From an uncultured Alphaproteobacteria bacterium (GTDB lineage: Bacteria; Pseudomonadota; Alphaproteobacteria; Rhizobiales; Xanthobacteraceae): DNA of 32,000 nt. The stretch spans positions 18,269 to 50,268 of the forward strand of contig CAVPXX010000012.1 of assembly GCA_963709855.1 (NCBI GenBank). The letters run 5' to 3'. This document shows, one piece after another, positions 17,532-25,007 of the stretch (position 1 is its first letter; every line of letters starts with the position of its first letter). The notes under the pieces were generated by a model. The model searched no databases. It was not told the origin of the DNA and saw only the letters and a program-made list of their open reading frames with translations. The position numbers and the translations under genes are program-made.

Positions 17532-19205
17532 ATGCGGCTCGGGAAAGCCAGCCGGCAAATGCTGCAAGGATGCACAGCTTGGCCCGAGGAATCAGCTCGC
17601 CGCTATCGGCGGCAGGGCTATTGGGCTAACTTAACGCTCTACGACATGTTGCTCCATTCGGTCGTTGCCTCGCCGGACCGTATCGCGTTGGTGCACGGCG
17701 CGCGGCGCCTCAGTTATGCGGAACTTCGTATCGCGATCAACCGGCTGGCCGGCCACCTGATCGATCTTGGATTTCAGCCCCTTGATCGTGTCGTGTTCCA
17801 ACTGCCCAATTCGATCGAGTTTGTCATCGCGTTCTTTGCGCTGCTAAGCATTGGCGTGATCCCGGTACTGGCACTACCGGCGCATCGACGTGAAGAAATC
17901 GCGCACATATTCGCTCGCACGAAAGCGGCGGGCTACGTCGTGCCCGACCGCTGGCACGGCTACGACTATCGATTGCTCGCTGCGGAAATGTCCAGCTTGG
18001 CACCGTCGCTGCGCAACGTGCTCGTGCTCGGTGAGCCCGGCCCCAATCAGATATCCTTGAGCGACCTGCTTGCGCATGACGGTAGCCGCGACGACAACGC
18101 CAGGGCCCTCGCCGGCTTCTCCCCGGCGCCCAATGAAGTCGCCCTGATGCTGCTGTCGGGCGGAACGACGGGCCTGCCGAAGCTCATCCCGCGCACGCAC
18201 GACGATTACGTCTATAATTGCCGCCAGTGCGGCACCGTCGCCGGCTTCAACGCCGCGACCGTGTTCCTGGCCTTGCTGCCGATGGCGCATAACTACACGC
18301 TCGGCTGTCCCGGCGCGCTTGGCGCGCTGGCCCACGGCGGCACGGCCGTGATTGCACCGGACGCGAGCATCGAAACCGTCGCTCGCTTGATCGAAACCGA
18401 GCGCATCACGGTTATCTCCGCTGCCGTTCCGTTAATCGTCAACTGGCTGAACGCCGATCTTCCTCAACATCGCGATTTTTCCAGCATGCGCGTGGTGATG
18501 AACGGCGGCGCGAAGCTCGCGCCGGAACTGCGCCGCCGGGTCGAGCAGCGATTTGGCTGTACGTTTCAGGAGAGCTTTGGCACTGGCGAGGGGCTGCTGA
18601 ATATGACCCGCCTCGACGATCCAGCCGAAATTCGCTTCACCAGCTCCGGGCAGCCAATATCGCCGGCCGATGAGATCCGCATCGTTGACGAGGCGGGCAA
18701 TGACGTTCCGGATGGCACCGTCGGTGAACTGATCTGCCGCGGCCCGTATACCGTTCGCGGCTACTACAATGCCCCGCAAAAAGATCGCGCCGCCTTCACC
18801 AGTGACGGCTATTACCGCATGGGCGACATGGTGCGCCGGGTTGACGGCAATCTCTATGTCGAGGGACGCCTGAAGGACATCATCAATCGTGGCGGCGAAA
18901 AGATCAGTTGTGAGGAAGTCGAAAGTTACATTTTGGGCCATCCCAAGATCAAGAACGTCTGCGTGGTGGCAATGCCTGATGCTACGTTCGGCGAAAAGGC
19001 CTGCGCGTTCGTGATTCCAGTTGCAGGCAAGACAGTCGATTTGGACGAGATCAAAGGCTTCTTATTGGGCCGCAATATCGCGAAGTTCAAGTTGCCCGAG
19101 CGGCTCACGGTCGTGAACGAGTTTCCAATCAGCCCGGCCGGTAAAATTCTTCGCCGCGAACTACGTCAAGTTGCGGCGAAATCGATCGCGAACGCTCGTG
19201 CTTGA
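17532..19205 (+). CDS. Aryl-acid adenylating enzyme of the EntE/DhbE (2,3-dihydroxybenzoate-AMP ligase) type; possibly an aryl-CoA ligase.
   Basis: WPEESARRYRRQGYW, LLSGGTTGLPKLIPRTHDDYVYN, YRMGDMV, GRLKDIINRGGEKIS and PISPAGKILRREL are ANL-superfamily core motifs, and the N-terminus closely resembles EntE. The start could be ATG 17532 or ATG 17559. Confidence 0.85.
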   Translation: MRLGKASRQMLQGCTAWPEESARRYRRQGYWANLTLYDMLLHSVVASPDRIALVHGARRLSYAELRIAINRLAGHLIDLGFQPLDRVVFQLPNSIEFVIAFFALLSIGVIPVLALPAHRREEIAHIFARTKAAGYVVPDRWHGYDYRLLAAEMSSLAPSLRNVLVLGEPGPNQISLSDLLAHDGSRDDNARALAGFSPAPNEVALMLLSGGTTGLPKLIPRTHDDYVYNCRQCGTVAGFNAATVFLALLPMAHNYTLGCPGALGALAHGGTAVIAPDASIETVARLIETERITVISAAVPLIVNWLNADLPQHRDFSSMRVVMNGGAKLAPELRRRVEQRFGCTFQESFGTGEGLLNMTRLDDPAEIRFTSSGQPISPADEIRIVDEAGNDVPDGTVGELICRGPYTVRGYYNAPQKDRAAFTSDGYYRMGDMVRRVDGNLYVEGRLKDIINRGGEKISCEEVESYILGHPKIKNVCVVAMPDATFGEKACAFVIPVAGKTVDLDEIKGFLLGRNIAKFKLPERLTVVNEFPISPAGKILRRELRQVAAKSIANARA

Positions 19206-19217
19206 GGATCCCTTGCC

Positions 19218-20633
19218 ATGAAATTATTCGAACGCTTAAATGTCGGCGGGATGACCATTCCCAATCGCGTGATGGTTCCGGCGATGGTGACACGGCTTTC
19301 CGGCGAGGACGGCCTGGTCAATAAGGACATCAGCGACCGTTATGTCCGTTACTCGCAGGGCGGCGCGGGTCTCATTGTGATCGAGGCCATGGCGGTCCAT
19401 GCCGCCAAATCCGGTCCGCTGCTACGCATCAACGACGATAAGTTCGTGCCGGGCCTCACCGATCTGGTTCGGCGCATCCATGACGCATCGGACTCCAAGA
19501 TAGTCCCGCAGATCATCCACTTCATGAAAGTGGCCAAATCGGGCTGGCGGCAGACGATCGATATGCTGTCGTTGGTCGAGATCGACCGCATCGTCGAGGA
19601 ATTCGGCGACGCGGTTGCGCGGGCGCGCGCTGCCGGATTCGACGGCGCGGAGCTGCATTCGGCCCACGCCTACACGCTGGCATCGTTTCTGTCGCGCGCC
19701 AATCCGCGCTTGGACGACTATGGCGGCGACACGCTGGAAGGGCGCCTGCATTTGATCGGAAGGATTTTTGGAAACATTCGCCGCAAGGTCGGCGACGACT
19801 TTCCCGTCGGCGTCCGCTTCCTGGCTGACGAATTCATCAAGGATGGTTACACCGTCAACGATGCCAAACTCATCGGCCTACGGCTGGCTCAACTCGGCGC
19901 GGCGTATTTGTCATTATCCGTGGGTGGCAAGTTCGAGGATGCCATCCACGCTCCCGGCCAAGTGCCCTACCCCTACACCGGCTATTCGGGCGACCGCTGC
20001 ATGCCGGGCGACTGGTATCCGGCAGTGCCACACGCGCACTTTTCGGCGGAGATCAAAACCTTTATCAGGGCGCATGGTTTCAATACGCCGGTCGCTACCG
20101 CCGGCAAAATCTCCAACCCCGACGACGCCGAGCGGCTGGTGGCGACCGGCGCTGTCGATATTGTCGGCATCGCACGCGGTCTCCTGGCCGACCCGGATTG
20201 GCCGAACAAGGTTCGTCGCCGCGACTTCGATCGCATCGTGAAATGTGACTACTGCAACGTATGCAAACATCTCGACGGCACGCACACTCGCGTCATATGC
20301 GCGCTTTGGCCGCAGGGCTCGCTGCAGGCACCGCCGGACGATAGCTCGAGCGAAGCGCCGTGCTGGAGCGCGGAAGGCGCAAACCTGACGGCAACAATGG
20401 GTAATGGCAAGGTCACACTGAAATGGAACAAGGCAGCCGGCGCCGCACGCTACGATGTTTGCCGGACCGACCCGCTCGGCAATGTCGAGATCGCGGACGC
20501 CGTCAAGGTTACGCGGTGGGAGGATCATGGCCTGCTGGCAGGCATGCCATATCGCTATCACGTGTGTGTCTACGGTGCCGCCGGGTGTGGTGGCGCCACC
20601 TCGAACACGGTCAGCGTGTCATTGCCTAGCTGA
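19218..20633 (+). CDS. Old-yellow-enzyme-family FMN oxidoreductase with a CxxCxxCx11C motif and a C-terminal fibronectin-III-like domain.
   Basis: The OYE TIM-barrel signature is present: MTIPNRVMVPAM, GGAGLIVIEA, FDGAELHSAHAYTLASFLS, DDYGG, VDIVGIARGLLADPDWPNK. Cys343/346/349/361 lie at 20244-20300. The tail (20367-20630) reads ANLTATMGNGKVTLKWNKAAGAARYDVCRTDPLGN...RWEDHGLLAGMPYRYHVCVYGAAG...SNTVSVSL. Confidence 0.85.
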   Translation: MKLFERLNVGGMTIPNRVMVPAMVTRLSGEDGLVNKDISDRYVRYSQGGAGLIVIEAMAVHAAKSGPLLRINDDKFVPGLTDLVRRIHDASDSKIVPQIIHFMKVAKSGWRQTIDMLSLVEIDRIVEEFGDAVARARAAGFDGAELHSAHAYTLASFLSRANPRLDDYGGDTLEGRLHLIGRIFGNIRRKVGDDFPVGVRFLADEFIKDGYTVNDAKLIGLRLAQLGAAYLSLSVGGKFEDAIHAPGQVPYPYTGYSGDRCMPGDWYPAVPHAHFSAEIKTFIRAHGFNTPVATAGKISNPDDAERLVATGAVDIVGIARGLLADPDWPNKVRRRDFDRIVKCDYCNVCKHLDGTHTRVICALWPQGSLQAPPDDSSSEAPCWSAEGANLTATMGNGKVTLKWNKAAGAARYDVCRTDPLGNVEIADAVKVTRWEDHGLLAGMPYRYHVCVYGAAGCGGATSNTVSVSLPS

Positions 20634-20669
20634 GTGCCACTTTCAGGAATTTCCTAAAATCCCGACCAA

Positions 20670-21137
20670 CTACGCCGAAATTTCGAGCGTCTCCTTGTGG
20701 CCAAAGCCCTTTGTATTGTCGATCAGAACGATGCGAGCCGGCTGCAATCGATAGACGGCCGTTCGCGCATAGGCGTCGCGTAATTTCAATGGGCCCGCAG
20801 CCAATTGCCGAAGGAAAGGGTAACGCGCTTCAAGTTGTGCAAGGTGCCGCATTCGTTCATCCGCCGCTAGGATACGGCGGGCCGCACCAGCGATCTGCAC
20901 GCCCCGAATTGTCGCAAAATCCGAATAATCGGGCGCCACCGTGGCTGCCACACGAGGATCCGCATCGATGTCCCGGGAATGCTGCGTATCGGGCTCAGAT
21001 ACCCAGACGAGCGCCAACCCCTCGCATGCATAAAACAGGTTCGTCGCATGCGCTCCGGCCGCACCACATGTAGCGAGCGACATCACGTGGTGCCCTGCGA
21101 GAAAGGAACGAATCTCGTCGCTTAAGTTTGTATTCAT
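20670..21137 (-). CDS. Pyridoxamine 5'-phosphate oxidase-family (FMN-binding split-barrel) protein.
   Basis: 155-aa ORF with ATG at 21135-21137. The pattern FLAGHHVMSLATCG...NLFYACEGLALVWVSEPDTQHSRDI...ATVAP...IRGVQIAG is typical of small PNPOx-like proteins. Confidence 0.65.
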   Translation of the reverse strand: MNTNLSDEIRSFLAGHHVMSLATCGAAGAHATNLFYACEGLALVWVSEPDTQHSRDIDADPRVAATVAPDYSDFATIRGVQIAGAARRILAADERMRHLAQLEARYPFLRQLAAGPLKLRDAYARTAVYRLQPARIVLIDNTKGFGHKETLEISA

Positions 21138-21250
21138 ATTAGCTATTGCTCATCGTCTGTCGTGTGGAGATCTCTGCGGCAAGATCACCCAAAATGCAAT
21201 TGACCGAATCGCCGGCCGGGATTCGAACTATAACTTCGGCGTCGCAAAGT

Positions 21251-21853
21251 TTATCGCTGGCCGCCGCGCAGCAACATCATGAACCGGGCCTGATCGCTCG
21301 CCTTTTCGCGGAACGTACCCTCGAAATGCGTAGTAATGGTTTTGGTGCCGAGCCTGTCGATCCCGCGTATTGACATGCAAATATGTTCGGCTTCAATCAT
21401 CACCGCGACGCCGCGAGGCTTAAGAATCTGATTGATGGATAGTGCAATCTGCGAAGTGAGATATTCCTGGCTTTGTAGGCGTAGGGCATACGTATCGACC
21501 AGCCGCGCAAGTTTGGACAAGCCGACCACGCGATCCACCGGCATGTACGCGATGTGCGCCTTTCCGAAGAACGGCATCATGTGGTGTTCGCAATGCGAAT
21601 TGAAGGTTATGTCCTTCACCAGCACAAAATCGTCATAGCCGGCTGTTTCGGTGAACGTGCGATCAAGCACCTCGGCAGGCGATTGGCGGTAACCTTCGTA
21701 GATTTCATCGAACGCGTCGATCACCCGTTTCGGTGTATCGCGCAATCCTTCACGGTTCGGGTCGTCGCCGATATACGCAATCAGCGTGCGAACGGCGGCT
21801 TCGGTCTCCGCGCGCGAGGGACGTGGAACCAATGGAACCGGCGCGAAAAGCAT
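21251..21853 (-). CDS. folE: GTP cyclohydrolase I.
   Basis: [58 protein letters not shown] and [15 protein letters not shown] are canonical FolE type I motifs. An in-frame stop lies 3 codons upstream of ATG 21853. Confidence 0.92.
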   Translation of the reverse strand: MLFAPVPLVPRPSRAETEAAVRTLIAYIGDDPNREGLRDTPKRVIDAFDEIYEGYRQSPAEVLDRTFTETAGYDDFVLVKDITFNSHCEHHMMPFFGKAHIAYMPVDRVVGLSKLARLVDTYALRLQSQEYLTSQIALSINQILKPRGVAVMIEAEHICMSIRGIDRLGTKTITTHFEGTFREKASDQARFMMLLRGGQR

Positions 21854-22113
21854 ATGCGCTCACTAGCCTTGCCTGGACTTGCGAAGCTGCGACTGTGACG
21901 AGAGGATCCTTTGAGGACTCGCGTCCAATCTTTAGCTTCCCTCTGCCTCACTACCGAATACCCGTCGTCCTTGGTTGATCTACATCAATGTCAGTAGTAT
22001 CCGTACGACCGGTCCTTATCATCGCAGGTCAAAGCTGCCCCTCCCGAAACTTGTCAGCGGCCTGCGGAAAGACAGCTTCATCTTTTGCTACTCGCTAATT
22101 CCGGCACGATCTT

Positions 22114-22566
22114 TCACGATGCTGGCTTGCGTTTGAGCAGGAAGGCCTGAATGGCGTCTTGCACCACCTCGCCGCGTTGATTGAGAACCCTCAATTCGCG
22201 CTTCATCACCCCACGCTCACGGTTTGACGTTTCGCGTTTTTCCAGCACCTTGAGCCTGGCATGAATGGTGTCGCCGGGCTTCACCGGCTTGGTGAATTTA
22301 AGGCTATCGAAGCCGAGAAAGGCGATCAGCGTGTCGTCGTAGAGATGGAGCTGGAAGATCAGGCCGGCCGCGATGGCATAGACCAGCGGTCCATGCGCGA
22401 TGCGACCGCCGAATTGCGTCTGCTTGCAATACTCTTCATTTATATGGAGCGGATTGTAGTCGCCCGACAGCCCCGCGAACATGACGATGTCGGCTTCGGT
22501 GACGGTTCGTGCCGGGCTTTCGAATTCCGCACCGATTTCCCATTCTTCCCAATAGAGTCCTCGCAT
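22114..22566 (-). CDS. MaoC-like (R)-specific enoyl-CoA hydratase / dehydratase (single hot-dog fold).
   Basis: ATG 22564-22566 follows GAAGGAAGG; the track start at 22587 is a TTG. The sequence TVTEADIVMFAGLSGDYNPLHINEEYCKQTQFGGRIAHGPL is the MaoC hydratase motif. Confidence 0.85.
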   Translation of the reverse strand: MRGLYWEEWEIGAEFESPARTVTEADIVMFAGLSGDYNPLHINEEYCKQTQFGGRIAHGPLVYAIAAGLIFQLHLYDDTLIAFLGFDSLKFTKPVKPGDTIHARLKVLEKRETSNRERGVMKRELRVLNQRGEVVQDAIQAFLLKRKPAS

Positions 22567-22594
22567 TACACGCCTTCCTTCATTCAATTGAACG

Positions 22595-23800
22595 TTACTT
22601 GCGGTTTGTTTGACCGACCGCGCCGCTTTCGCGCAGGGCCGTAATCTCGTCGGCCGAAAGACGCAACAACGTCTTCAGAACGGCATCGGTATGTTCGTCC
22701 AGCATCGGCGCCGGCCGGGATATCGTCCTCACCATATCCGACATCTTGATGGGGTTGCCAGGCAGCCGTACTTTGCCAACCTGCGGATGGTCGTATTCGA
22801 CGATCATCTCGCGCTCCTTTACCGGTGGCTCCGCAAAAGCCGCGTCGACATTGTTCACCGGCGCCGCCGGCACATCCGCGGCGTGCAGCCGTTCCAGCCA
22901 GTCCGCGGCCGTCCGGCTGCGGAATATCTGCTCAAGCAGGGGTACCAGCACCGTGCGGTTCTTCACCCGGCTCGCATTGTCGGCAAAACGCGCATCGCCG
23001 GCGAGATCGGGATGGTCGAGCACGGTGCACAGCTTGCGCCAAAAGGCTTCCTGCCGGGTTGCGACGACGATGTAGCTATCCGCGGTCGCGAAGGCCTGCC
23101 ACGGAACGGAATAATCATGCGCTGAGCCTGGCGGCTTCGGCACTTCGCCGTTCGACAGCCACATGGTACCGATATAGCTCAACAAGTGGAGCATGGTGTC
23201 AAACATCGAGATTTCGACCCGGCGCCCTTTACCGGTGCGTTCGCGATCGAATAGCGCCGCTAAGATCCCTTTGCTTGAATAAATCCCACCACTAATATCG
23301 GCGAGCGGAATGCCGACCCGCACCGGCGGACGTCCGGGCTCGCCGGTGATCGCCATATGGCCGCTGATCGCCTGGATATTGAGGTCGAGCGCCGGATAGT
23401 CCTTGTATTCGCCAGCACTGCCGAAGCCGGTGACGGAGCATTGGATGATGCGCGGGTTGATGCCGCTGAGCGTCGGATAATCGATCTGGAGACGTTCGAG
23501 GACGCCGGGACGGAAGTTGTCGATCACGACATCGGACACCTTCACCAGATCGTAGAAGAGCTGGCGTCCGGCCGCGGTCTTGAGATTGATGACGACGCTC
23601 TGTTTGTTGCGATTGAACGTGAGAAACAGTCCGCTCAGCCCGCGGTACGGAGCAACCGACGGGATGCGGCCGAGATCGCCCTCGGGCGTCTCGATCTTGA
23701 TCACCTCGGCGCCGAGGTCCGACAGCACTTGGCTGCCGTAGGTGCCGGCGATAATCTGGCCGAGCTCCAGGATTCTGACGCCTTCGAGCGGATACGACAT
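22595..23800 (-). CDS. Family III (CaiB/BaiF) CoA-transferase.
   Basis: The real start is ATG 23798-23800, giving MSYPLEGVRILELGQIIAGTYGSQVLSDLGAEVIKIETPEGD, followed by NRNKQSVVINLK and ITGFG-like motifs. The 636-aa track ORF is an artefactual upstream extension that overlaps the acyl-CoA dehydrogenase gene. Confidence 0.88.
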   Translation of the reverse strand: MSYPLEGVRILELGQIIAGTYGSQVLSDLGAEVIKIETPEGDLGRIPSVAPYRGLSGLFLTFNRNKQSVVINLKTAAGRQLFYDLVKVSDVVIDNFRPGVLERLQIDYPTLSGINPRIIQCSVTGFGSAGEYKDYPALDLNIQAISGHMAITGEPGRPPVRVGIPLADISGGIYSSKGILAALFDRERTGKGRRVEISMFDTMLHLLSYIGTMWLSNGEVPKPPGSAHDYSVPWQAFATADSYIVVATRQEAFWRKLCTVLDHPDLAGDARFADNASRVKNRTVLVPLLEQIFRSRTAADWLERLHAADVPAAPVNNVDAAFAEPPVKEREMIVEYDHPQVGKVRLPGNPIKMSDMVRTISRPAPMLDEHTDAVLKTLLRLSADEITALRESGAVGQTNRK

Positions 23801-23859
23801 TCCCTGCGTTCCCGACAAACCACGCGTAGACGGCGTCGCGAGTAGCGTGCGCCGTTGAG

Positions 23860-25002
23860 TTAAAGTCCCAGGCCGCGCGCGATAATGTTGCGCTGAATCT
23901 CCGAAGTTCCGCCGCCGATGACGGCCAAGCGCGAGTCGCGAAAGAACCTTTGCATCGGATATTCCATGCAGTAGCCATAGCCGCCGAATATCTGCAGTCC
24001 GAAGTCGGAAACCGCCTTGTAGGTTTCGCCGGTGTAGAGCTTCAACACCGCGGCATCGCTGCGCGTGGCTTGGCCCTTCGATACAAGCCACGCGAACCGG
24101 TAGACCAACGTGCGCGACACATCGAGCATCACCTTCATGTCGGCGAGCTTGTGCGAGATTGCCTGGAACTGGCCAATCGGCCGCCCGAACTGTTTGCGAC
24201 TTTTCGCGTAATCGAGCGCGTAGTCGAACGCGGCGGAGGCGGCGCCTGTGCGCGCGGCGGACAAGCAGAGCCGCTCGTACCACAGGTAAGAATCGACTGC
24301 TTCCCAGCCGCGGTCGACTTCGCCAAGCAGCGCTGAGGCGGGCACCTTCACGCTGCTGTAGAAGACCTGTGTGGTGCCGATGGCGCGCTGACCGAGCGTC
24401 TTGATCTTGCGCACCTCGATTCCGGGCAACTTGGTATCGACGAGAAAGTTGGTGATGCCTTGCTGCTTCTTGGCGCCGGTCGATGTGCGCGTCACCAGCA
24501 GGCAATAATCGCTGATATCCATGCCTGAGGTGAAAACCTTCTGCCCGTCGATCACAAAGCCGCCGTCGACCGCCTTCGCGCGGGTGGTCAATGCGGCGGC
24601 ATCGGAGCCGGACGCCGGCTCGCTAAGCCCGAAACAGAACGACAACTCCCCGCGCGCGATTTTGGGCAGCAATTCCTGCTTCTGCGCCGACGTGCCGTGC
24701 TGTAGCACGGCGTAGCCGCCGTAAGTGAGGGTGCGGAACAGCCACATCGCGAGTTCTTCGAAGTGCCTGCCGGTCTCTTCCAGCAGGATGGCGAGGTCGA
24801 TCGCCGAACCGCCGGTGCCTCCAAACTCGGCGGGGATCGGCAGGCCGAACCATCCGTGCTTCGCGAGCGCCTGGTAGGCTTCGCGCGGCGGCCGCTCCTC
24901 GTTGTCGCATCGCTCCGCATAGTCCGGCGGGCAGACATGATCGAGCAATTCTTTCGCGTGCGCGCGCAACGCCTCCTGATCCTGCGAGAACGAAAAATCC
25001 AT
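23860..25002 (-). CDS. Acyl-CoA dehydrogenase.
   Basis: MDFSFSQDQEALRAHAKELL..., CFGLSEPASGSD, QKVFTSG and the C-terminal LQIFGGYGYCMEYPMQRFFRDSRLAVIGGGTSEIQRNIIA are ACAD hallmarks. An alternative GTG start at 25011 overlaps the upstream TGA as GTGA. Confidence 0.9.
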   Translation of the reverse strand: MDFSFSQDQEALRAHAKELLDHVCPPDYAERCDNEERPPREAYQALAKHGWFGLPIPAEFGGTGGSAIDLAILLEETGRHFEELAMWLFRTLTYGGYAVLQHGTSAQKQELLPKIARGELSFCFGLSEPASGSDAAALTTRAKAVDGGFVIDGQKVFTSGMDISDYCLLVTRTSTGAKKQQGITNFLVDTKLPGIEVRKIKTLGQRAIGTTQVFYSSVKVPASALLGEVDRGWEAVDSYLWYERLCLSAARTGAASAAFDYALDYAKSRKQFGRPIGQFQAISHKLADMKVMLDVSRTLVYRFAWLVSKGQATRSDAAVLKLYTGETYKAVSDFGLQIFGGYGYCMEYPMQRFFRDSRLAVIGGGTSEIQRNIIARGLGL

Positions 25003-25007
25003 TGCGG

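Noticed and set aside
20634-20669. The short convergent gap between the OYE-FN3 gene and the PNPOx gene, checked for a bidirectional terminator (ggaatttcc).
   Set aside because: Only a 4-bp GGAA/TTCC pairing with a 1-nt spacer, which cannot form a hairpin. No stem-loop of useful length is present.
21209-21228. A tRNA T-arm-like string on the minus strand (GTTCGAATCCCGGCCGGCGA) between folE and the PNPOx gene, which could be a tRNA 3'-end remnant or island attachment site.
   Set aside because: No complementary 5' acceptor strand (TCGCCGG), no matching 5' T-stem, no anticodon arm and no CCA context. No integrase or second copy is in the window. About 14 nt of similarity to a T-loop is not enough.
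23801-24505. A 636-aa minus-strand ORF (22595..24505) that would give the CoA-transferase a 235-aa Arg/Ala-rich N-terminal extension overlapping the acyl-CoA dehydrogenase gene.
   Set aside because: The extension is low-complexity, lies out of frame inside a well-supported ACAD gene, and the canonical CoA-transferase N-terminus (MSYPLEGVRILELG) starts at ATG 23800 with its own ribosome-binding site. It is a high-GC open-frame artefact.
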